A stretch of DNA of 64,000 nucleotides from NCBI GenBank assembly GCA_023515725.1, contig JALDTO010000208.1:599768-663767 (forward strand). Direction: 5' to 3'. Under the pieces are notes generated by a model. It saw only the letters and a program-made list of their open reading frames with translations, did no database searches and was not told where the DNA came from. Of the stretch, positions 53,791 to 64,000 are shown one piece after another (the first letter of the stretch is position 1; each line of letters opens with the position of its first letter). This DNA comes from Amoeboaphelidium protococcarum X5 (lineage: Eukaryota > Fungi > Aphelidiomycota). The translations under genes and the position numbers were made by a program.

Positions 53791-55333
53791 ACGAGCCGCC
53801 ATACAATAAAAAAGGTCGTAACACAAAGCTTCTGAGTAACATTCACGTCCAAGTGAATATTTTTAATAAAAAGCAATTGAAGGATCTTTTTTTTTGTAAT
53901 TGTATGTCCATCAGGACTGTATTTGCCAATATTTCGGTATCCTCACTGCTGTCAGTTACTCCTTTACAAGAGTTGTGGTTTTCAGTTTAGACTTTGATAG
54001 TGTTTATTCACCACGTCTTTAGCCGTTTTCCATTTTTATAATTTCACTAACATATGTGCAAAGCATTATTTACTCGAGACAGTCACTCGTAAAAAAAGAG
54101 TATTGCGATAGAATGTCAATTAAAGTGACGCGTTTGTGTCATTTCCAAAACTTACCACTCACCACGGTCCAGTATAGACCAGCCTGACAACGGTCCATAA
54201 TTTGCCCAATTGGTTTAAACTGACGACAAACGGTCCTTGATCGCAGACGAACCACCCCGAACCTGTCTGGATGGACACCCATTTCAGTCTTGGGAATTAA
54301 AACGCGTATACGATGGTAAAGAAATTATCATTATTTTAATTCTTTCATTATTTCACCATCGACAATATTGTTTTACGGTTGTCGCACGCGAGTTAGAATG
54401 ACATTTCAGAGTATGATCAACTTGACGCGGAGACGTTCTGGTGAAGCTGATAATGTTTCACAGGAATTGATGCTGATCTATTCGATGAAAGATAAATTCG
54501 ATTGCAGTACATGGCTATATCTCTCTGTTATATGCTTGAGCTGTAGGCTGACTTTTGGCGCATGACTAATAAAATACCGTTAAGCTTCGTGGAGTGTGCT
54601 ACCTATGATGCTGATACTTAATTTGTAAATGATCGTGTTGTCGGTTCCAAGGGGAGAGACACAAATAACGGAATAATGTCAAGGGGAAGGGAGTTTAGAA
54701 CTCCTGAGATTAAGATGTTACGAAAGCTGCCGGTTTAATTGATGGTGAACAGAGAGAATAAACGAGCCATGTATGTTTCAATTAAGAGCTCCATTTTCTT
54801 ACGATTTAAATCTTTATTGGTTTGATTGGAAGATGGACAGAGAGAGCAACCTGAACGCTTTAAGATAAATAATATTCTTTTGATATGAAAACTGCTAGCT
54901 GTTAGGATAGGCCTTGTGCGAATTTTCAAGATGATGCAATCAACTAAACACTTTTCAAACGCGTTCCCTTTAAACGCCAATTCATGATATCGCATACACG
55001 TCAATCAATTCAGCTTAACATGTTTTTTTCAAAAATGAGATAGAAAATGAGTGTAATAGCTGTTATATGCAGTGAGTTGAACATTCAATGGCTGCAGGGG
55101 CCAAAATCTATGATAAACCGCGTTACGTAATTTCTAGTCTCCCACAATCGATCCACATGCGAGAGTGTTCAAAGGCCTTCTGCAATTTATACAAAAATGT
55201 TTTGCGCGTTTCGTGCGAGAATGAAAATAGATGAGATTCAGTCATGCTATAAAATTGAATCGAAAGTTGACATTTCATATATAGAACTAAAGTAAAAGTT
55301 TTAAAACCATTTATATCAAGAATTCAAAAAATA

Positions 55334-55406
55334 TGCTCGGTACAGGGATCGAACCTGGGACCTCAGCGTTATTAGCACTGCGCTCTACCGACTAAGCTAA
55401 CCGAGA
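55334..55406 (-). tRNA. tRNA-Ile(AAT), with two stem mismatches
   Basis: TCTCGGT TA GCTT AGTCGGTA GAGC G CAGTG CT-AAT-AA CGCTG AGGTC CCAGG TTCGATC CCTGT ACCGAGC A. Forms a cloverleaf with U1-C72 and C49-U65 mismatches. Confidence 0.85.
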
Positions 55407-56431
55407 GAGTGAGAAGTTCATCCCATTTCAGATGAAAATTTACCATTATTCAAGATATATACTGTATGCAAAGAGTTGACAAACAGCGATAACACGCGTC
55501 AGACACACTGTAATTCATGAAATTGATTGCACTTGTCAGCTTAAGTCCTCTAGTTGTAATACTAAAATAGTCCTCTAGTTGTGATTCTAATATAGTTTTG
55601 CAAGAATGATATCAAACATGATGGATTAATTAGCGGATTATTTTCAACATCATCGGATCAATGAGTAATTTGTCGCACACGGTTTGGCATTGTTACAAGA
55701 TCATGTCGAAATTGTCGATGGAGCTCTCAAACTCAAACAATACCATAACATGAATCGTGAAAAGTGCCATGATTGTGTGTATATTCGCATATGGGGTATA
55801 AATGGGCGAAATTGCTTCCCTTTTGATAATGATGGGATATCTCTTATGGCGGACGGGACGTTGAGCACATATGCCGGGCAATTGATCAATCCTTAAGCGA
55901 GAGAACGCGCGTATGCCCCTCATCTGCTGAACCCAGACTTGTGGTTGTGTGTGGTTCATTTAAATAGTTAATTTAACAAGGATGCTGCTGAAACACCTAT
56001 ACTGTAAAAAGGAAATTACCGCAATGTACAGTACTTCTTCTGCTCAGCTGTACCTACATTGTTTTCTTCTGATTATAACTTTTAATTGCGCCTCTGCCAA
56101 CCGAAATTGCATTTGCACTGCAACTTTTGTACCGTTCCATACGCGTAAGCATTGTTATTTCAGTTCAAATCTATCTCAGATATTCCCAAAGTCAAGAATC
56201 CAAGTTTTCATTTGTATTATAAATTGCCTCAATATGAACTCTCAAACAAGCCATGCTTCTCATCAGTTATTCAAACGCTGAGACTGATAAATATCACTTT
56301 ACCTAACAAAAGCAAGTCACATTAACGCGTTAAAAACGTCTTCTTCACAGGAAAAGCAATTTACTAATCTAAATATAGAAATAATCTATTGTAAATAAAA
56401 CACTTATAAAGTTAACGCGAATACATTAACA

Positions 56432-56995
56432 TCATTCTATTTCAGATTTCATATCATAGAAGCCATTCTTGACGCGCTCAAAAGATGGCCACACCTTAAA
56501 CATTACAACTCCTTTGATATTCCGCAACGGAATGCATCCATAATGTCGACTATCTTGAGAATGAGAGTAATTATCACCAGCCACCCAGCAATGATTCGGC
56601 GGAACTTGTATACTCTGACTATCGGCATCAAGCGGGCGTGAGATTATTCGATCGTGCGGTAGGCCAATAAGACGTTTTGATACCAGCATATTACGATTAT
56701 ATGGGTGCTCACAACACAGTACATCTCCCCGTTGCACCTCATGATATAGAAACTCTGGTAATATCCGCTGCAATATACCACTTTGTCGTTAATTAGGTAC
56801 CTTGATCAGTTTACTGACCACCATTACATCACCGGTAAAATAGTTTGGTAACATGGAATCACCCACACAGTAGTTAACGTCCGCAATGTAAACAGATGTC
56901 CATTATTAAAGTATACTCAGAGGTATAGTGATCTTTATTATTGCGCGTGCTTCTTTCGCCACAGAGCCCAACCTAGCTTTAATCGAATTTATCAT
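56432..56995 (-). CDS. IMP1: Mitochondrial inner membrane peptidase subunit (S26, IMP1-like), 187 aa
   Basis: CVGDSMLP (catalytic Ser), VSKRLIGLPHD (catalytic Lys), VPPNHCWVAGDN..SQDSRHYGCIP, FKVWP. Confidence 0.88.
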
Positions 56996-58005
56996 TCTCT
57001 CCCTCTTTCTATTAAAATGGACGCGTTCTAGAGGAAAATCCAAAACAATCAAGTTGGCGAATCACGCTTAATAAAGAATATGAATATAGTACTATTAAAA
57101 ATGGAATATTGTATAGTTCATAAAATATACTCTGAAATTGGAACCCACAGAACGTATCGTTGTAAATCCACTTCACTAAAAGGATGATCATCAGGAGGAA
57201 TGTGGTTGTAAGTAAGTGTACTTATCGAAAATAATTTTGTTCCGCACGACAAGGTAGCAATTATTCAACTTGTACTATACGCAATGCACATCTTTCCTTG
57301 ATATAAAGGTCAACGTTTAGCGTGAACTTAGTCATGCTACAGCCAGATTCCCAAGCGTTAACTGAATCGAAACACTTGGATTTGGGCCCAAAGTAGAAAT
57401 CCGATTGATTGTAGTTGTGATTCTCATACGCCACATCAATAGTTGAGAAATTATTGACTAAATTGATAGCGTGCTTAATGTTAGTCTCTATCTCTGTAAT
57501 GTTGGCTGAGTCTGGTGCGATTAAGTCGCTTTATTAGGAGACATCAATTTGTGTCGTAAAACTCGCCAACTCCTCGACATAAAACTTGATGAGAAATGAC
57601 ATCATAACATCTTCTCCTCAGACGTGAAAATGTCTTATTCTAATTTATTAATGTAGTTTTTCAACTAATTCCATACATTAAAAACGCAAGCAAAGTGTCT
57701 ATAGTCGCCGCACTTATCTATGTTAGGAAGTTTAGGCCCGTTACGGTATAGTTACTGGCAAAAAATAGTCTAATTGTGAAAGCAAGTTGTTCTATAATAT
57801 CAATTTCCGATTTAATCACGTCTGGAATGCTAGGCGCGTTTGAAAGCTCAATATAACGCTAATTACAACTTATTCGAATCAACAATAGATCTTAGTACAT
57901 AGTATCAAAATAGCAGGTGTGTGGCTTTCGGCCACCTTACAACAATAGGCGCATTTCGAAAGAGGCTTCAAATAATATTACCAAGGTTCAACAATAAAAA
58001 TATGA

Positions 58006-61000
58006 TCACTTCTTTCTGTTGCTGTGCTTCTGCCCAGGAGATTGTTACTACTACTTTTTAGCCTGATGAATCTTGACATTTGATGAATTGATAAGCTAAA
58101 TCTTTGGGCTATCCCAATCTGGACCTTTCCAATTCATCTTACGGCCGTCTTCATACAGCTTGTGCAGATAAGTCTGAAATTTACCACTACGCTCCAGTTC
58201 GAGATACTTCTCATATAGGAGCAGCGCAGTCTTGGCATCTTCCACGCTATCATGCATATGAGACTAAATATCCAGCTTTAGAACGTACCATGCAAGAAAT
58301 CTCAATGAAATCTTCCTCTGGCCCTTGATACGGTATATAGTCACAGTATCTATCACCTGCTAGTCTGGCACAAAGATATTTATAGTTCTGAAATCCTTAC
58401 TCAGTCCATGGCCTACAAAGATGCAACCAAGATCAATAAGCGTCCTCAACTATAGGTAAGCCGCCTTTCTATGTACCAGCCGCTTCTTTGACTTTTACGG
58501 ATCCAAATCATCAGGCTAAATCCCACTATACTCGGTCAGATAATCCTAGACTGGCTGCGATACCAATATATAATCATCCACAAACGGCTTCAGATACGAA
58601 GGATCTTGACCACGCAAAAGACTTAATCTCGCAAGCTGATTCATTTGAGGCCGTAATACTGACCGAGAGCCATCGGATCTAAATTCAATCTGCTCTTGAG
58701 ACACAGAGACAAACTCGGCATCAATTGCAGCCAGAAATTTGCCTTATATCTTCATAGCCTGCTCATACTCAGAGTACTGAAGAGGAATAACCTTATTCTA
58801 AGATGGATTACGATTTTAGAATACCATGTTAAACGTATTGTGAACCGGCTTCAACTACCTAATATCCTGGAAGCGTGCAATCATCTCTTGAGACTGTGCA
58901 GTAAAATCTACTCTCGTGTAATGCAATATAGACGGCTGCTTCCACTAAGACTTCATCTACAGTACTTCAAACGCTGACACTGGACGAACGATGAAATCAT
59001 TGAACATGTACCACTAGCGACTGACCTTTGCATATGTGAATTGGTTCACTGATTGCGGTCGGGTGTTCGACTAAGGTACATCAACAATATCAATAACCAT
59101 TCCTGTGAGATGATATTCCGTGAATTACTAATCACCATCAGCCACGTTGAAGAGAAGCTGCTAATTTAGCTTAAGCTTTGACTGTATGAATGTCTTGTCC
59201 AACAAGTCCTGATTTAAATATCCAAAATCCTGCCATTACTTCTCATACTTGTCAATACTATCCTCATCGGGAAGATAAAACTTGAAATGCACATCCTTAG
59301 TCCTCCACGCTGACCACTTTTAAGTGCCCGTCAGAAGCGTTAAACTCTGCGGCATGGACTGCAAGACTCTCTCCTGATTCAAAACTTTATAATTTTTACA
59401 CTTTTAGCACCAAGCTTTCACTGTACACTACTTTTAAATACTCAAGCATATCAGCGATTATAACGTGAGAGGATTTTAAAGCTTCTACACCTCTTCAGCA
59501 TTCAATAAATCAATAGTGAGCGGCAAGATATCGCGTTCGTTCACTCCATGACAGTCACTGCATGTGCTCTTCAAGATCATGGGAACACCATACATAAACT
59601 ATATAGGATTCTACAGAGGATGTAATTTATTGACTATGGGATCCCCAATATGCTTCTATACGTACTCGAGATACCACTTGTAGACATTCTGAAGGGCAAT
59701 ACCCATGTCACCATTAGGATTAATTAAAAGTCCAAGGGCGAATATCTATTCATTATGCTTGAAGGCACTCAGCAAGTTCGAAGCCTGGCAATTGACTCCT
59801 TTCGCATTCTTGAGCATAGCAGAGAGGAATGAAAATTCACATATTAGGCACTCTTCTACCAGGCACTTGAATTCAGGCGAGGCATGTAGATGAGCCAAAT
59901 CAGAGAGCATAAAATGTTCCCCATCACGCTGGAAACTGTAAACCATAAGTTAGAATATTGAATTCAAATAGTCCACGTCCAGATCATTCTCAAGACCGCT
60001 GTATGTCTACACTCTATTAAAATAAGTAAAATCAAAATCCTCGACTCCCAACTTGGAATAGACAATCTTTGGGCGCCGATAATGCTCAGGAATGGTATTG
60101 TAGGACAGTACACTCCCAGACTCACTTTGCGGTGTAGACACGCTATTTTGCAGTGGTGTAAGAGGAGTGTGAGACCGAGGATAAGGTGACGATGACAACT
60201 GATCCCGCTCAATCTAACTCTTGAACTTGACCCCAGAGTCCTATTGCTGATAAACAGTATTCCTCTTCTATCCCTTGTTCATGTATGGGGCATAGCCTAC
60301 ATAAGAATCCCATTTGGCCACACTGAGAATCTCTTGGGGAATAGGCATAGTTGGTAGATTCTAACGTTTCCATACCTGCGACAGTTGGCCTGACAAAAGA
60401 CGTTACTTAATAGCAGGCATACCAACAGTGGATAAAGGCACATTATGATCATCGAAATTGATAAAAGTTGAATCTTCATAGAGTGGAGTCGGGAGTGGAA
60501 GCTTATCAGATTTCACATTCACAATCGCAGGTAAAGCAGAGTTAATCAAATGCAACCTTAGTTGCCCGAAAGAGTCAAAAGTGAGCATGAGATTGTCGGA
60601 CTAAGATAGTGAAGCCCCGCTGCAATCAGGAGCAAACCTCTAGGCAGACACTGACACTTCTCCACTTCCGACGTCCCTATCAACTGAAATAAGCGTTCCA
60701 TTAGACAAAATTACTATTATCGTGGAGCCTACTATTGACACTTAAATAATCTAAATCTGAGAATTCTAATCAAAATTTGCAATATCTTAAAGACTGAATA
60801 CTTTGGTGAGTTCCACTTCCTTTTAACAAGACAGCGAATACACACTTTACTATGAATGAATCAAAACCATTTATTAACTCTGCCAAGATACTACTGCATT
60901 CTTAATCTCAAACTGCTTGACAGTATTAAAGTTATTATGAATGTCATTAACTAGAACTTTGCCACTCTAAGTACAACAAATTAAATATCCATCACATCTT

Positions 61001-61434
61001 TTCATGTTGAGCACTATATCTTCGGTTCTAAAAGTACCAACCAACTTTCCATCAGCCACATCATGCAGCTACAGAGTGAGATCAGAAGTTGAGACGACAA
61101 TATACTTGGAATCTATCACAGCTGCATGATAGAAATAACTTGCCATATTTGAACTATTGTCGCATTAGTACTGGATGAGATTTTTACTACTATAAACAAG
61201 AATACAATTATAAGATAGCAGAATATATCCCTACTAATACGGTAAAATCTAATGAAATCCCATAGAAGCAGGCGGTGTAATTCTAGTATATATTTCCAGC
61301 ATGGTGGCATCAGTACAGACTGCATACTGAGTTACAGAGATACCATCGTATACATACAAAGATTCATTCTATAATGAGAACGCAGCCAACTAAGCTGTCA
61401 AATTGTATACACATTTCAATTGAGCATCTGCCAT
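58006..61434 (-). CDS. PAN2: PAN2 poly(A) nuclease catalytic subunit, 1142 aa
   Basis: WD40-like N-terminus, [39 protein letters not shown], DEDDh domain [45 protein letters not shown]. Confidence 0.95.
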
Positions 61435-61909
61435 TTATAATTGCTGACACTATTTTTTGAGTAATAATAGTCAAATAAAACTTGAGGTATTAAACTGCTA
61501 CAACACAGAACAACTAAAAGGAAAGAATAAGAAGTGAAAGAAGGGACGTAAATTGTTATTGTATCTGCCTGTAGTAAACACAACGCAATGTCTAACGCGC
61601 AATGTTGTTTTCAAATGACAGACAATGATTATTACCGACACATTAAATGGCCAGTAGTAACAACTTAATATGTGGCGAGGTATCAAATGACAGGTATAAT
61701 AATTGCCAAACGCGTAAACCATATGACCAACTTGTCATTCTTTTTGATCGCCATTTACTTTGCCGTTAAGGAATGAAGAAGGGAACGATCGTTTCACCCT
61801 TACAGACGAACGCTCGCGTTATAACTGCAAGGCTTTCAATTCTAGCTGAGAGTATATAGAAGTCAGAAAAAAGACTAGAATATATGTTGCGAATTGCGAT
61901 TTATTATAT

Positions 61910-62347
61910 TCAGACAGAATTAGAGGTGACAACTTTACGAGATGTAAACTTTACCATTAGCGAGCCTACCAAAACTACAGATAGCAAATTGATCAGATTA
62001 GTGAGAAAGAGTCCATAGTTCCAAGTGAACGCACCCGCAAGTTGAGCCTGAGCTATCGTGTTGTAGATCGGAGTAGACTCACCGGAACTGCTGGTACTTA
62101 TGGCGGCAAATGTAGTTGGAGCATTCGACACGGCGGAGGGGCCTTGAGCATTTCGCACCTCAGATGGATACTTGACCACCAGGAATAGACTGCTTAAATT
62201 GGATCCTAGCAGGAGATCATTGACCAGTGACTGGATAAAAGTTGACAGAGCTAGAGCCGCCAGAAATGCCACGGTGAGTGTCACGAATAACGGGCGAGTT
62301 TTGGTTTACTGATACATTTGTTAGTTGCTAGACTTTTAACTATTCAT
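61910..62347 (-). CDS. mscL: Large-conductance mechanosensitive channel MscL homolog, 145 aa
   Basis: TM1 LTVAFLAALALSTFIQSLVNDLLL, NLSSLFLVVK, YNTIAQAQLAGAFTWNYGLFLTNLINLL. These match the SLVNDI and YGxFL..IINF motifs and the eukaryote-type YNTxxQA loop. Confidence 0.78.
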
Positions 62348-62745
62348 TATTAATTTTCTTGCGATTCAGTGCACTATATCGGCAGAATATTTAGGAATGT
62401 AGTTTAGTAGAGTAAGAGTTGATACAAGTGTTTTGCGCGGTGATAATTCTAAAGAGGCTTTGCATAGTTTCCTGATTAGGAGATTTGAAACACGTCTAGT
62501 TTCCTATTTTGTTACGACGCCTCATATCACAACTATAGTGCAGAAATTGAACTTTGAATGGAATGAAATATTGCGGGTTTTATAATTCTTTTTGCTACTG
62601 CATATGCCTCATGAATTTAACTGCTTAAGTTTAGATTGATCTTTGCAATCATTACTGATGCTCTTAGTGTGCGGCATTGGTCCATTTTTCTTCTTTCTCC
62701 TAATGATCGCGTTTGACTTGCCACAACGAATTTCGCACACATATC

Positions 62746-63826
62746 ATGTTTGGAGCTTCGTTCGTCATCTGGCTGATTCTGCACTTGTGTCTGTATAGAC
62801 TGTACAAGTCCATACTCGTTCCTATACTTGAGAATGGCGACAGCGGTAAAGATTCAGATAAAGACCAAGGTGAAGCTTAAGACAATGTACATAGTCGAGA
62901 ATCCTCAATCAATCGCCCACTACCTCCCATTCCACAGCCGAAACCTTAGATTACTTTAAAGATGCTATCGCATGTGTAGGCAACCTCGCCGCTAATCTAG
63001 ACAGTGTCAAAGTCTCAATTTCATTCAATGCTATCACCATCACTCATTAGTAATTAGTCGCTGGCTGAGAGATTGCGAGAGAATTTGAACAGGGAGTTTG
63101 CAATGATGGGTCCGAAGAACAAGATTTTCAAATCTCTATCTGTTGGTAAGCTGCAAGTGGGCGGAGTGGATTCTGTACCGATTTTAAGAAATTTCCAAGT
63201 TTTGCGGTAATATATTAGCAGCAGTAATGATGGTGGTGTCAAAGCGTCGAGTAGTAATGATGCGATTGCGACTAGCCTTGATCAGTAATAATCACAGACT
63301 CGCTCAAATAATAATAATAATAAGCTGTCGTTCCCGCAAGAGGAATTGGTGACTGAGATTGTCGGTAAGCTGGTATATTGCGGTGGATTCTATATGGAGT
63401 TTAACACTACTCTGTAGATGTATACAACGATAGAGGCTGTGCTAAAAGTACATGTTCTGGATGTCATTGGAATGTTTATATTCTCGTTTGGCTCACGCTT
63501 GGAACATGATGCTGAGACTGATTAGTCTATTCCAGTGTTCACAGTGACCATCTCCTTGAAGGAGGATCCAGCTATTAATTTGGACATAAAATCTGAACTT
63601 GGCCAGCTGTAGGATCTAAGCATAGTCAAACAAGTGATCAATAGTACAATCAAAGTGGTATTGAGACGTTTATTCGTTGAACCATCCGGCCGCAGATTCG
63701 AATGGCGACCTTACACTGCCGGTTGGAAGAGTGTAGAGTTGAGCAAGGCTGACAAGTAGCAAATTTTGGATTAGAAAAAGAAGAGAAACACAGCGATCTA
63801 GTAATAGTAATAGTAAATTGCATAGC

Positions 63827-63859
<33 letters not shown>

Positions 63860-64000
63860 CCTAACAGTAATAAGCTTAGTCTTAATCACAGATTTAACTA
63901 TCATCCTCTTAGAGCAGCAGTCCTACATCTGTTAATGCCAAGTAGCAAAGTTCTAATCAGTATTCATCTGCACCAGTTCTGCCTCCGCGTCAACTCTCTA
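62746..64000 (+). CDS. Membrane-anchored SMP/TULIP-domain lipid transfer protein (Mmm1/PDZD8-like), 3' partial
   Basis: N-terminal TM; ERLRENLNREF..FKSLSVGKLQVG..VP; LVYCGGFYMEF; SLKEDPAINLDIKSEL..VKQVINSTIKVVLRRLFVEP; Gln-rich tail. No TGA before the window end. Confidence 0.65.
63799..63897 (+). repeat. Poly-Gln tract encoded almost entirely by TAG/TAA
   Basis: In-frame TAG TAA TAG TAA TAG TAA ATT GCA TAG CAG (TAG)10 TCC TAA CAG TAA TAA. Confidence 0.85.

Noticed and set aside
53787-54723. TGTAACGA, TCGTAACA and TGTTACGA motifs resembling LTR termini at the break point of the YR-like ORF
   Set aside because: Only 8-bp matches, with no paired LTRs, primer-binding site or target-site duplication identified.
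55334-55406. Possible UAA/UAG-decoding tRNA-Gln
   Set aside because: The anticodon loop is CT-AAT-AA, which is Ile, not TTA or CTA.
55606-56430. Long code-6 open frame on the plus strand; similar unassigned frames at 57000-57650
   Set aside because: No recognisable domain or clear terminus, so a gene call cannot be supported.
58104-59100. Plus-strand ORFs with TGA stops suggesting a zinc-finger pseudogene
   Set aside because: They are the antisense shadow of the PAN2 exonuclease domain.
63650-63904. Minus-strand poly-Thr ORF
   Set aside because: Antisense of the TAG-encoded poly-Gln tract.

Overview
Compact, intron-poor eukaryotic nuclear DNA that uses a non-standard genetic code. TAA and TAG are read as Gln and TGA is the only stop (translation table 6), so the supplied standard-code ORF track is fragmented. 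Re-read by hand in code 6, the window holds about 25 intact genes of fungal/opisthokont type with short (55-73 nt) GT-AG introns. They include separase, a RAD51 paralog, a MICAL-type monooxygenase, CSL4, ROK1, alpha-COP, CAS1, Gtr1/RagA, IFT144, a Cdc25 RasGEF, a receptor-like kinase, PAN2 and MscL. This code plus this gene set points by inference to an aphelid such as Amoeboaphelidium protococcarum. The most notable items are two eukaryotic TnpB-derived RNA-guided nuclease (Fanzor) loci hidden by the recoding. The first is a near-complete Fanzor2-type gene at 352-2573. It keeps the D-E-D RuvC triad, has lost the zinc-finger cysteines, has a -1 frame junction in its N-terminus, and has a candidate omega-RNA region downstream. 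The second is a decayed Fanzor1-type remnant at about 50650-51460, head-to-head with a truncated tyrosine-recombinase-like (TLH-type) ORF. Other oddities are an alpha-COP lacking its C-terminal domain, an IFT144 lacking its first beta-propeller, a stand-alone MICAL redox domain, a PIF1 pseudogene and an inverted paralog pair. All translations and family assignments are by eye from remembered motifs. No searches were run.
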